Shown piece by piece: positions 14,025-28,246 of a stretch of 64,000 bases of DNA; the stretch's first letter is position 1; each line of letters starts with the position of its first letter. The notes under the pieces are model-generated. The model had not been told where the DNA came from and searched no databases. It worked only from the letters and a program-made list of their open reading frames with translations. The position numbers and the translations under genes were made by a program. The DNA comes from Eledone cirrhosa. Its lineage: Eukaryota. Location of the stretch: NCBI GenBank assembly GCA_964016885.1, contig OZ024750.1, forward strand, positions 29,264,001 through 29,328,000. Direction: 5' to 3'.

Positions 14025-16542
14025 AGGGAGAGTGGGAATATACAATTGAATTGACTATAGGAGTATCTAGGACCCAGTGTTATTGATCCCTCAGGGAGAG
14101 TGGGAATATACAATTGAATTGACTATAGGAGTATCTAGGACCCAGTGTTATTGATCCCTCAGGGAGAGTGGGAATATACAATTGAATTGACTATAGGAGT
14201 ATCTAGGACCCAGTGTTATTGATCCCTCAGGGAGAGTGGGAATATACAATTGAATTGACTATATGTGCATCTAGGACCCAGTGTTATTGATTCCTCAGGG
14301 AGAGTGGGAATATACAATTGAATTGACTATAGGAGTATCTAGGACCCAGTGTTATTGATCCCTCAGGGAGAGTGGGAATATACAATTGAATTGACTATAG
14401 GAGTATCTAGGACCCAGTGTTATTGATTCCTCAGGGAGAGTGGGAATATACAATTGAATTGACTATAGGAGTATCTAGGACCCAGTGTTATTGATCCCTC
14501 AGGGAGAGTGGGAATATACAATTGAATTGACTATAGGAGTATCTAGGACCCAGTGTTATTGATCCCTCAGGGAGAGTGGGAATATACAATTGAATTGACT
14601 ATAGGAGTATCTAGGACCCAGTGTTATTGATCCCTCAGGGAGAGTGGGAATATACAATTGAATTGACTATAGGAGTATCTAGGACCCAGTGTTATTGATC
14701 CCTCAGGGAGAGTGGGAATATACAATTGAATTGACTATATGTGCATCTAGGACCCAGTGTTATTGATCCCTCAGGGAGAGTGGGAATATACAATTGAATT
14801 GACTATAGGAGTATCTAGGACCCAGTGTTATTGATCCCTCAGGGAGAGTGGGAATATACAATTGAATTGACTATATGTGCATCTAGGACCCAGTGTTATT
14901 GATCCCTCAGGGAGAGTGGGAATATACAATTGAATTGACTATAGGAGTATCTAGGACCCAGTGTTATTGATCCCTCAGGGAGAGTGGGAATATACAATTG
15001 AATTGACTATAGGAGTATCTAGGACCGAGTGTTATTGATTCCTCAGGGAGAGTGGGAATATACAATTGAATTGACTATATGTGCATCTAGGACCCAGTGT
15101 TATTGATCCCTCAGGGAGAGTGGGAATATACAATTGAATTGACTATATGTGCATCTAGGACCCAGTGTTATTGATCCCTCAGGGAGAGTGGGAATATACA
15201 ATTGAATTGACTATATGTGCATCTAGGACCCAGTGTTATTGATCCCTCAGGGAGAGTGGGAATATACAATTGAATTGACTATATGTGCATCTAGGACCCA
15301 GTGTTATTGATCCCTCAGGGAGAGTGGGAATATACAATTGAATTGACTATATGTGCATCTAGGACCCAGTGTTATTGATCCCTCAGGGAGAGTGGGAATA
15401 TACAATTGAATTGACTATATGTGCATCTAGGACCCAGTGTTATTGATCCCTCAGGGAGAGTGGGAATATACAATTGAATTGACTATAGGAGTATCTAGGA
15501 CCCAGTGTTATTGATTCCTCAGGGAGAGTGGGAATATACAATTGAATTGACTATAGGAGTATCTAGGACCCAGTGTTATTGATTCCTCAGGGAGAGTGGG
15601 AATATACAATTGAATTGACTATAGGAGTATCTAGGACCCAGTGTTATTGATCCCTCAGGGAGAGTGGGAATATACAATTGAATTGACTATAGGAGTATCT
15701 AGGACCCAGTGTTATTGATCCCTCAGGGAGAGTGGGAATATACAATTGAATTGACTATATGTGCATCTAGGACCCAGTGTTATTGATCCCTCAGGGAGAG
15801 TGGGAATATACAATTGAATTGACTATAGGAGTATCTAGGACCCAGTGTTATTGATTCCTCAGGGAGAGTGGGAATATACAATTGAATTGACTATATGTGC
15901 ATCTAGGACCCAGTGTTATTGATCCCTCAGGGAGAGTGGGAATATACAATTGAATTGACTATAGGAGTATCTAGGACCCAGTGTTATTGATCCCTCAGGG
16001 AGAGTGGGAATATACAATTGAATTGACTATATGTGCATCTAGGACCCAGTGTTATTGATCCCTCAGGGAGAGTGGGAATATACAATTGAATTGACTATAG
16101 GAGTATCTAGGACCCAGTGTTATTGATCCCTCAGGGAGAGTGGGAATATACAATTGAATTGACTATAGGAGTATCTAGGACCCAGTGTTATTGATCCCTC
16201 AGGGAGAGTGGGAATATACAATTGAATTGACTATATGTGCATCTAGGACCCAGTGTTATTGATCCCTCAGGGAGAGTGGGAATATACAATTGAATTGACT
16301 ATAGGAGTATCTAGGACCCAGTGTTATTGATCCCTCAGGGAGATTGGGAATATACAATTGAATTGACTATAGGAGTACCTAGGACCCAGTGTTATTGATT
16401 CCTCAGGGAGAGTGGGAATATACAATTGAATTGACTATAGGAGTATCTAGGACCCAGTGTTATTGATCCCTCAGGGAGATTGGGAATATACAATTGAATT
16501 GACTACAGGAGTATCTAGAACCCAGTGTTATTGATTCCTCAG
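14025..16542. repeat. Minisatellite, 68-bp unit, 37 copies
   Basis: AGGGAGAGTGGGAATATACAATTGAATTGACTATA(GGAGT/TGTGC)ATCTAGGACCCAGTGTTATTGAT(C/T)CCTC. Confidence 0.98.
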
Positions 16543-16627
16543 ACAGAATAAATGGCAAAGTCAGCAAATAGTCAAGTGTTTTGTATTAATAGTAGTAGTA
16601 GTATGAGGAGGAAGGGGAGAAGGACTG

Positions 16628-16829
16628 ATTGTTTCTAAAATAGGCACAAGGCCTATAATTTGTGGGGAAGTCGATTATATCGACACCAATACATGACTGG
16701 TACTTTATTTTATCGACCCCCACCCCAAAGGATGAACAGCTAAGTTGACCTTGGCAGGATTTGAACTCAGAACCTAAAGGGCCAGAACAAATACTGGTGA
16801 ACCTTATTCTGATTCTTAAATGATTCTGC

Positions 16830-16881
<52 letters not shown>

Positions 16882-17265
16882 ATTGTTTCTAATTTAGGCA
16901 CAATGCCAGCAATTTGAAAGAGGAGGGGGGAAAAATCAATCAATTCAACCCTAGTGCATTACTGGTACTTTATTTTATCAACCGTGTAAGGATGAAAGGC
17001 AAAGCTAACCTAGGCAGGATTTGAACTCAGAACATAAAGGGCCATAACAGAATGCCACAAAGCAACTTGTTCAATGCCCTACCGATAATAATAATAATGG
17101 TTTCTTATATAGGCACAAGGCCAGTAATTTTTTTTTTTGGGGGGGGGGGGAGTCGATTAAATCGACCCCGTAAGGAAGAAAGGCAAAGTTAACCTCGGCA
17201 GGATTTGAACTCAGATCATAAAGGGCCGTAACTCTATGCTGAAAAGCATGGTGTCCACCGCCCTT
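16628..17265 (-). mobile_element. Three tandem Meta-type SINE copies separated by (TAG)n/(TAA)n
   Basis: Same diagnostic motifs repeated three times. Confidence 0.85.
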
Positions 17266-17401
17266 GTATAATAATAATAATAATAATAATGATAATAATA
17301 ATAATGATGATAATAATAATGGTTTTCCCCAGTACTTTACTGGTACTATATCTTATCCAAAAGCATTTAGTTTTACCCTGCTGGTTTCCATATTAAAACA
17401 G

Positions 17402-17534
17402 TTAAACCTTCTCCAACTGGCTGTTTTTTTGTAAAGAAGAAGAAGCATTTTTCTGATTTTCTGCGATTCTATATTTATCTAGGATCGACTCATTCAGTAC
17501 ACTTCGATTGAACCGACCTGGATGTATCCTTCGC
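17402..17534 (-). CDS. FAM228B: Candidate terminal exon 2 of FAM228-like gene, (M)[43 protein letters not shown]
   Basis: Branch-point CTAAC plus tttaattctttcgtttcag| acceptor, phase-2 compatible, 43 further open codons. Confidence 0.6.
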
Positions 17535-19912
17535 CTGAAACGAAAGAATTAAACAGTTAAGAGTTAGTTGATTAGTCTGTGTTGGTGCCAAACAGCGGTA
17601 CAATGTAGCTTTATTTACATTGAACTTGAATTAGAACCCTACCACAGCATATCTTCAGCTTCTCAGGAGTATTTGAATTCGAAATATACTTGCAACTTGT
17701 ACCTTTTTATTGCTTTGTTTAATTTCTTAACCAGGTGTAACACTTGTTATGATACCAAACGTACCTCTCTACTGTTGAATTTTCTCTGCCAATCAAATTC
17801 CTGCTTCAAATCCTGAATACACAGATTCAAAAATATCCTCTCAGTTACTAAATGTTCTTCATTGTAGGAGCACATCAGAAATGTGGAACAACTAGTTATG
17901 ATGAAGGCTTGTAGTAAATATATTTTCATGCTATACTTGTTTGTATTGAGTACTATTATTTCTAATTTGTACATTCTCATTTGTACATTCAAACCTGCCC
18001 TTGAATTGCTGAGTGCTATTTACATGCAAAGAACTTTAGGTTGTAATATAGAGCAGCAACCTTTCATGTACTCAATGAACAAATATATCTACTCCACTAC
18101 ACAATATTTATATTATTAACCTTTAATGCGCTGTTGGTGACAAATAGCAACAAGAGAGTAATTTCCCCTTAATACATAATGTAGTGTCAAGGGAAGCAAT
18201 TCATAAAATAATTCAGCATGCTGAACGTAAAATACCTAATGGAGAACACAAAGGGTGGGATAAATAGAAAGAGATGGAAAGCTTTCTTCTATAAAGAAAA
18301 AAGTAAATGCAGTAAATTCCCTGACAATAAATTTTGATTTAAAACCCACAAATGTTGATCCCTAACTGCAGAATTAGAAAAGTTTGAATCTGATCTTTTC
18401 TTTGAAACATAATCAACATGGTAAGATTTTTAAAAAATATACCAACGACTTCTAGAACCTACCAAAGGAGAGCAATTAGAAACTCTAATTAAACGATGTA
18501 CCCGCTAAACTAACAATTCCACATATTGAAGATTTCTCTCCGACAATGTTGTGGACACTTATTGAAAAATAAAATCATAATACATATATAATTAAATCAA
18601 TAAAGAAACAAGAGACATTTGCAATTCAGTTACAAATAGAGAACAGAGTGGAAGGTATTTTCAGGGAGAATCCATACATAACACTAAAAGATCACAAGGA
18701 CAACTTCTGCATAGACACCTAAATGTAGACTAATTTTCAGTTAAAGGTGAACTAGATATAACAAGTAAGCATATTATAGACATAATTATCTTTTAAATCA
18801 AATAAGCCACAGGACTATCCATAACACATCTGTTATCAAAGGGTTCAACAATACATATATTAAAAACAATTGCAAATACACCTTATTTGACATTGTTCAA
18901 TCATATCCATTCATTACAAAATCTTTTCTCTAAAATAACCCTTTAGCAAAAGTTTTACCTCTTTCACAGAAACTAATATCAACCTATTGAACGCATGTCA
19001 GTGCAGAAGGTGGACATATGATGATGATGATGGTGATGACGACAAGGACGATGATGATGATGGTGATGACGACAATGATGATGATGGTGTTGATGACGGT
19101 GATGGTGGTGGTGATGGTGGTGGTGGTGGTGCTGGTGCTGCTGATGATGATAACGATGATAATGATGATGATGGTGATGATGATAACGAATGCTGTTGTA
19201 ATACATGCTAGTATGGAGGCACATGGCTTAGTGGTTAGAGCATTGGCCTTGCAATCGAAAGGTTGTGAGTTCAATTCTCAGACCGGGTGACGTGTTGTTT
19301 CCTTGAGCAAGACACTTTATTTCACATTGCTCCAGTTTACTTAGCTGTAGAAATGAGATGATAAGGACTGGGGTCCCTATCATTCCACTGCAAAGTGGTC
19401 GTGGGGGTGCCACGGCAAAAAAGCACCCAGCACTCACTGTAAATGAGGTTGGTGTTAGGAAGGGCATCCAGCTGTAGAAATCAAGCCAGAATCAGTTCCC
19501 GTCCGACCCTTGCAAGCAGGAAAAAGCGGATGTAAAATGAAATGAAATGTAAATGAATACAGACACATATATACATACACACACACATATATATGTTGAT
19601 TGCTACTTCTTGCCAGAAGAGTTCAACCCTTCATTGAACATTGAACATTGCATGATCATGTGCACACAGGACACATGCCAGATCCACTTTTCTTTTGTAA
19701 GAATGTTACAGCTTTCCTGGTAATACTGACTGGGGTGTGTCTTCTTGCATATGACCATGTGTGGTCAGTCCACCAGGTGTCTTGCAAATTAAGCCATGCT
19801 CATTGCAAAGGGTGTGGCTCAATTTCTCCCTGGCTTGTGTGACAAATGGTTGACAAATCTAACTCTTGATAGAAGAAACTGTTCACACACATACATACAT
19901 ACACATACGCAC

Positions 19913-19947
<35 letters not shown>

Positions 19948-22900
19948 TGACAATATTGATGAGATGAGGATATATATACATGTACACACACACATGCATG
20001 CACAAACACACACACACGCAGAGATAGATATGAATACACACACACACATATGCACATATATACATATGCACATATATACATATGCACATATATACATATG
20101 TATATATATATATGTGTGCATATAAACATTCAACTGCTACACTTTGTAAACAGAAGAAAGAGTACTCAATACTTGGTGTAGAGTATATTATTTATTCAAA
20201 CTAAATTATTTTTCTTGATTTCACACTACTATGATGATATATACGGTGAGTTAGGTTTTTGTTATTCCTGGTATTTCAAGTTGGTTTTATATATACATTA
20301 TAACAGGCTCCTTGTTTTATGTGTGGCCATTGCTGTTACTGTCACTTGCCAACTCATTGGACAATCTATCTTCATTGGTTGATTCCATTATCATTCATGT
20401 CATGTGATCAATGTTGCATTATTGTTTTCCATTGGCCAGTTGATTTGTTGTTCAGTTTTTACCTGTTGACTATGTCATCATATCCTGTTTTGCTAAAATT
20501 GTTTTTCATTATATTATGTAAATGACGCTGTTAAAATATGGTTTTCATAAATCCTGTTTCATTATTTGTCAATTCATCAGTGATTCTGTCTTCAGAGACG
20601 AAGTTTCCGTTCTATAAATATTGTGGAATGAGTGCATGTGTTGTGTGTATATTTAATGAGACAGTGATTACATTACTAAATACCATATATTATAAAACTA
20701 GTCAAGTGACCATATCCATAACTAAACTCACTGCTTATGTTTCAATTAATTTTCTTTTTATAATAATCCCAAATTTGAAGGACTTCTTTTGATTTCTTTT
20801 AAGGCTTTGTCAGAAAAGAAGGAAAATCAATGCTGATCTTTACAGGGTTTCTGATGTTGGAGGGAGAAACTACTGGGAGTAACTGTGATTTATTAGTTAC
20901 TGGTGGGAGAAACTGATTTATCAGTTTCTGCAGTAGGTAGTAACACAACACATACTATCATCAGAGCTGAGGCTAGTTCCAAATACTTGCAATAGACTGG
21001 TCTCTGCTAAAGGTAACAGGTGTACAGGTGTTTAACTGGGCAGATTAGGTTTACAGAGCAAGGACCAGGTCCAAATACTTGAGAGGAGTCTCTTTTAATG
21101 GTAGCAGTTAGTGGTGTTTAGCTGGACAACAGATTAGGCTTACCAGAGCAGAGACCAGGTCCAAATCTTGAGTGGAGTCTCTTCTAAAGTTAGCAGGTAG
21201 TGGTGTTTAGCTGGACAACAGATTAGGCTTATCAGACAAGTTTTTGTTTGGAAAATAACTAATCAAAAGGCCTTCATATAAAAGTATGATGAAATGTTTT
21301 AATTTAAACTTTTTACCTCTCAGCCATTTTCGATCCCTTGCTGGTCAAGTAGAAACTGGACAGCAAGGTCGTTAGTACCTAGGTGGAATTTGAATTCTGA
21401 ATGCAAAAGGCATCTAATCAAATTCTCTAAATATTCCATTAATCTACTGCTCAGGACTGGTACTGGTACTGGGGCTAAACAACAAAATCAACAGCAATCC
21501 TTGAGCAATGGTAAGTTAAATCATTCCTGATTAGACGTGAGTTTAAAATGTTGAGACAAAGTATTTAGCTCAGCACTGTTTTGGTCACTCTAATATGGTC
21601 AAATTACAATATTATTTTATTATCATTCTATTTTATCTTACTAAACAGTACTACTACAACTCTGAATGAAAGTATTTGAAGGAAATGATATCAAAGAATT
21701 ATTACTCACATACTAATGGCCCGTGGTGTACTTAAAATGTTGTTTTCAGGTATTAACAACCATTTAGCAGCATCTATTTGCTCTCGACTCATTGAATCTA
21801 CATGCTGGGAGAACTGCTTCAAATTCTTCACATCATCTCTGTTGTAAAATTTACCTGTTAGGAGACACATAGACACCTGCATTTCCTCGTCCTGTAGCTG
21901 TAATGAGTATTTTAAAGGATCCCGGGAAACATTCACTTTAACCTGCAATACATCATACAATATTCACTTTCACCTGTAATAAATAAGGTGAGCATAAAGT
22001 CTTTCCCTGATTATAAAATACCTTTTCTTGTACACTATTTGAGATTTTACTTTTCTATTGTTTTTAATTTATAAATTTCAAGTTTAAAGTTTTTCTGAAC
22101 ATGTTTTACATTTTCTCTTCTACAGGAAGTAATTGTAATTTTCAGTAACAAAATGGCATCTCTATGAAACACAAAGGGAAATACTTTATGCTCACCCTGT
22201 ATTATACAATATTCACTTTCACCCGCAATATATAATACAATACACCAGTAAACCATGAACAAATATAATATCAATTTATTATGATTAGGTACAAGGGCAA
22301 TTTTATTGAAATAAAATCAAACACCAAGATATTGTTATATTAGTATTGTGGAGGTGCGTAGCCTAGTGGTAAGGGTGTTGGACTTATGATCACAATATCC
22401 TGGGTTCAATTCCTGGACCAGGTTGTGTGTTGTGTTCTTGAGCAAAACACTTCATTTCATATTGCTACAGTATATGCAATGGGGTTTAGGAGTTTAACCC
22501 TGCGATGGACTGGTGTCCTGTCCACAGGTGTGTCTAGTATTCTCAGCCATTTCATGCCATAGAAACCAAGATAAGCATTGGCCTGATGAGCCTTTGGGCT
22601 CGAGACAGACTTTAGGCTTGTATAACGTGTCAAGTGTCACCAAAGTGGTTGCAATAGTGTGGTCCTTGAAATAAAATACTGGACAGCTTAGGTGGTCAAG
22701 TCAGACACTCAGAATGGACCAGCAGAGAATACTAAAGGTAGCATTAAGATGGACATCAACTGGAAAGTAAAAATATGAACAGCTAATTAACATTTAGTGT
22801 AGACAGAAAAGGATTGGGTCATAAACTGACCTGGGAATCCTGGTAACACTGACTAACAGACTAATGAGGACCAGAGGAGTATTTACACTGCTCAGCTAAG

Positions 22901-25900
22901 GGTACACTGAGTAACAAACTGTTGAGGACCAGAAGTGTGTATTTTTCTGCCTAACTAAGGTGACACTGACTAACTGCTGAGGACCAGAGGTAAGTTTTCA
23001 CTGCTCAGCTAAGGTGACACTGACTGACTGCTGGGGGCCAGAGGTAAGTTTTCACTGCTCAGCTAAGGTGACACTGAGTAACAGACTGCTGAGAACCAGA
23101 AGTATGATTTTACTGCTCTGTTAAGGTGCCTTCCATTTTTATTTCAATCTGTGTGCTGCTGCTCTCACTTCAATTATACATAACATTTTTTCAGCTTTTT
23201 TCTTTTTACTCAGCCCAGTGACCATCCACATTTGGGTGTAGAACAGTAAAAATGACCAGTCAGTCCACATCTGAGAGTAGAGCAGTTGAAATGATCAGTC
23301 AGTCTACCTCTGGGTGTATAGCAGTTGAAATGACCAGTCCACTTCTGGGCGGAGAGCAGTTGAAAAGACCAGTCAGTCCACATCTGGGTGTAGAACAATT
23401 GAAATGACCAGTCAGTCTACCTCTGGGTGTAGAACAGTTAAAATGACCAGTCAGTCTACCTCTAGGTGTATAACAGTTGAAATGACCAGTCCACTTCTGG
23501 GTGTACAACAGTTGAAATGACCAGTCCACCTCGGGATGTAGAACAGTTGAAATGACCAGTCAGTCTACCTCTGGGTGTAGAACAGTTGGAATGACCTGTC
23601 TACCTCTGGGTGTAGAACAGTTAACAGTTAAAGAGAAGTTCAGAGAAGTACATCTAGCATGAGACAAGTCACAGAGAGTTACTAAAGTCTTATTTCCTAA
23701 TTGGGAAGCGGAATATCAATAAACAATCTCTGAAGAGACAAAATTTAAAAAGTCAACTCTTGGCAGAACATCTACCAAGAGTTAAAACTGGTAGATAGTA
23801 TCAGCAATAGAAAGATCAATGGAGACATTGTGTCCTTGGTCTGATATGACAAGTTCCACCCCACTTGGCAAGCGAATGAGGTCTGGGATCTTGATTGTTT
23901 TTTTAAAAAAGGCAGAACCTAGCAAAACAAAGTTAAATAGTGCATAACATTTATATATTAACATAGAGATATAATTCCTGTAACCATGTAAACAGATGGA
24001 ATGGAGATATGATCACATGGAAAATACATTTGTCACCAACACCACTGCTAGTAGCTAAAAACTATTGGGGCCTAGTTTTTATCAGAGGCTTACAACAGAG
24101 GGTTTCAACAGGGGGTTTCAACAGAGAGTTTCAACAGGAGGTTACAACAGGGGATTACAACAGGAGCTTACAACAGGGGGTTTCAACAGAGGGTTATAAC
24201 AGGGGGTTACAACAGAGGTTTATGACAGGAGGTTACAACAGAGGGTTTCGACAGGGGGTTATAACAGTGTTACAACAGGGATTACAACAGAGGGTTACAA
24301 CAGGGGCTTATAACAGGAGGTTACAACAGAGGGTTATAACAGTGTTACAACAGGGGGTTACAACAGGGGATTACAACAGAGGGTTTCAACAGAGTGTTAC
24401 AACATAAGGTTACAACAGGGGATTACAACAGAGGGTTACAACAGAGGGTTACAACAGGGGGTTACAACAGGGGATTTCAACAGAGGGTTACAACAGGAGA
24501 TTACAACAGAGGGTTAGAACAGGGGATTACAACAGAGGGTTACAACAGAGGGTTACAACAGAGGGTTACAACAGGGGGTTACAACAGGGGATTTCAACAG
24601 AGGGTTACAACAGAGGATTACAACAGAGGGTTACAACAGGGGGTTTCAACAGAGGGTTTTGACAGAACTTGATAGCAACAACAGAAGATAAAAGAAGTAT
24701 AGATGAAATAAATAATTCAGAATTTCAATAAAATATAGAAGATTCTCAGATATAAAATATAAAAATAAAATATTTAAAAGCTCACCTTTTCAGGAGAAAC
24801 TGGGTAGGGGTAGGAATATAATGAATATTCCTCAGGGTCAACAATATCAAGGAAAGCACAGCCCTGGAAGGAAATAGAAATGTCTAGTTGAAAATATGTC
24901 TTTTAAATGCCTTTCATCATCATCTTCATCACCGTTTTACGTCCGTTCTTCCACGCTAGCATGGGTTAGATGGGTTGTCCTGTTGTGGGCAGTGTCCGGT
25001 CGGCTGACCTTGTCTTGCTCATACGGGAATTCTGGCTTGATTTCTACAGCTGGATGCCCTTCCTAACACCAACCTCATTTACAGTGAGTGCTGGGTGCTT
25101 TTTTGCCGTGGCACCTCCACGACCACTTTGCAGTGGAATGATAGGGACCCCAGTCCATATCATCTCATTTCTACAGCTGAGTAAACTGGAGCAATGTGAA
25201 ATAAAGCGTCTTGCTCAAGGAAACAACACATCACCCGGTCTGAGAATTGAACTCACAACCTTTCGATTGCAAGGCCAATGCTATCGAAAGGTTGTGAGTT
25301 TAATAAATATTTTCATATGATGCAGTAAACATATCAGAATGTGATAATTTTCTCTATGTTTGCATTTAACCAAGAAGAGGATGAAGGGCAGCTTTTGCAA
25401 GAAGACCATTATTGAGTAAACTAAGGCAAACATATTACCCATGACTCAACTATTTCATTGTATTTCTCTTTACAACATTCATCACTGTCTCTATTCCTCT
25501 CACCCAGCCCCTTTCATCCTTCCTCAACACATGACCCAACCATCCCATTCCATTTCTCTTCACAACATTCATCACTGTCTCTATTCCTCTCACCCAGCCC
25601 CTTTCATCCTTCCTCAACACATGACCCAACCATCCCATTCCAACATTCATCACTGTCTTTATTCCCATCCTTCCTCTCACCCAGTCACCTTCACCCTTCC
25701 TCAACACATACTAAACAGAAAATAGAAATTAGATTAAAACAGAAATAATCCCAAAACTTCTAAGAGACTCAGATTTGCTGGCCACTGTTGGCGCAGCAAG
25801 GAAGAAATAGCAGGTGATGTGTTGTTATGGAGTCCATCTCATGGAGCAAGAAACGCTGGTCGTCCCAAGAAGACATACGTCAAGCAACTTGAGGACGATA

Positions 25901-28214
25901 CTGGATGCACTGCGGAAGAACTGGCAAACACTATGAGAGACAGAGATGGATGGAGGAAACGTGTCGTAGAAAGCCGAGCAAGCTCGACCTGATGATGATG
26001 AGTTATGAACTATTTGCTAACATTTTTATGTAAATCAAATTGAGACCATAGAAATAAAACAGATCTTCTGAGAAGTGTTGAGTCATTTATATAACATGGT
26101 CTTGGTCTCTTCCCACCCTCATTGCTGAGGGTCAGGGACTAAGGATAATTGTACCAATACACATCTATATGATGCTGCATGTCCATGATTCCCATCAGAG
26201 AGAAATGCGATGTCCGTGGGTCCCAAATCCTCATCAGACTGGGTCCCAACTCCTCAAGAGCTGGTTACTGAACTGCAGCTCATCCCCCTTCATCATAAAG
26301 ATGAAGTTGATGACCACTTGAAAGGTTGTCACCAAGGTGAGTAAGGGATCCCATTTGCCCTGGTTTTGAAATCAGAGTGATCCTTCTGCTAGACATACTG
26401 CCAACCACCTTCATCACAAGGATGAAACTGTTGACCACTTGAAAGGTTGTCACTAAGTTGACTCAGGAGTTCCAGCTACCCTGGTTTTGAAATCAGAGTG
26501 GTCCTTCTACCAGACAGACTGCCAACCAAGGTTAACTAGCTCTGTCTACCTGGTTTATATATTTTACACACTATTGGATGGCTGTTGACTCTTCTCAGTT
26601 CCTCTGCACTTTGAAAGGTTTTGTTTTTATCCCGCAGAGTGTCCAAAAAAAATCACCCTCCTCACCAAAACAAAACCAAGTTTGGTGTGGTTGGTGGTTT
26701 AGTCACCAATGACCCAATCATGTGATAGGTTTTACTGGGTTACATGTTAGCATGTTACTATTAATACTTGTGAGTGACCTGACATATCACTTGCCAACTG
26801 ACCATGTTATTAATTACATCACTACAAAATACCTGATATTCCATAATTTTTAAACATAAGTACTATAAATTATTTCCGCCAGGAGTTGCGACCAGAAGAT
26901 AGTTTCAGCAATAGAAAGATTGGAAACATGTTTCCCTGGTCCAAGTTCACTATTAATTGTTGCTGCGATTCTAATTAATTATACTATTTTATTTCCACAT
27001 GATAATTCATCATTCCAGAGGTGTAACTAGGGTATGGCAACTATAGTATGTGCTGTGGGTGCCACTTGAAGAGAGGGTGGAGTGCCATAAGAAACTTGGA
27101 GCACTTCCTATTAAAGTCAGATAAACTATTGTCGGAGAGTGAAAAAAGAAACTTCTTCAGATGTATGATCTGTCTTTGGTTATCATGAGTAAGGACTGTC
27201 ATGGCTGGCTCATTAAACCTTCTTCTTCTTCACCCATTTATTCTTGAGAGGGTCATGGGGGCAGAGTCCTCAAACACTCCCTCCAGCGGGTCCTGTCAGA
27301 AGAAACCGTATCCAACTGATCTGGCTGGATTCCCAAGCGAGACCAGCCAAGCTCATGGATGTTATCCAACCATCTTGCTCGGGGGGTCTACACCTGGGTC
27401 TCCTGCCAGTTGGTTTTGCCTCTAAAATCTGTCCAGCGATTCTTTCCTGAGATATTCTTACCACATGCCCATAGTATTGGAGCTGTGGTCTCTCGATTCG
27501 GAGAAGTAGCGGCTCTACCTGGAGTGACTCTCTGATCTCTGAGCTATGGACTTTATCAAGTAATGTTACTCCAAAACCCCTTTGGAGGAATCCCATTTCA
27601 GCTGCTTGCATTCGCGATCCTATTCTTTCAGTTATTAAACCCTTTATATAAATTATTAGACCCATAGTTAAAACTACAATGCTGGGAACTACATTAACAC
27701 ATAGGTATACTTTATAGTATGGACAAGGGTGCAATTTCATTGCTTGCTATTACCCCATTACATGTTCCAGCTGATAGGCTGAGGCCATGCTGGGGCACTG
27801 CCATAGGTGATATTTTCCATAGTTAAGCCTCTGTATCTGTTTCTTAGTTCTAACAGGACTGGATCTTCTACTAATGTCCAACATAGTGAAGAGGAATATG
27901 TCCTGTCTTGGAATACTGTTTACCATGTATAATAATAACTCCATTGAGATGTCTACCAACATTGCATATTTTCATTTCTTTTATGTATAGAATGTATAGT
28001 AAAAATATATTTTAAAATGTTGTAAGTAAAATGCCTCCCCCCACCACACACACACACCTCAGGTCAACCATCTGCTGAAGCAAATTACGGGGAATGTAAT
28101 TGAGATACAGGCTCCCTAGGCTATCTGAAAGGTCAGTAGCTCTGCGGCTTCAGTACTGACCTGGTATACGACGACGACCCATCCAATCCTTACTTCCAGG
28201 GAAACAGACAGTAA

Positions 28215-28246
<32 letters not shown>

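Noticed and set aside
17765-17812. Possible 48-nt minus-strand exon [16 protein letters not shown]|gtacgt
   Set aside because: Open in phase 0 but gives an immediate stop in the phase-2 context of the FAM228-like gene; no other support.
19215-19290. tRNA-like sequence with A and B boxes
   Set aside because: It is the head of a multi-copy SINE and has no proper acceptor stem.
22575-22615. CTGATGAGCC...GGCTCGAGAC in a SINE tail resembling a hammerhead core
   Set aside because: GAAA is GAGA, the stem II register would consume the core GA, and sister copies (30110, 54720, 55640, 56350) do not conserve the core.
24085-24668. GGGTTA-containing repeat as interstitial telomere
   Set aside because: The unit is ~13 bp (ACAACAGRGGGTT), not tandem TTAGGG.
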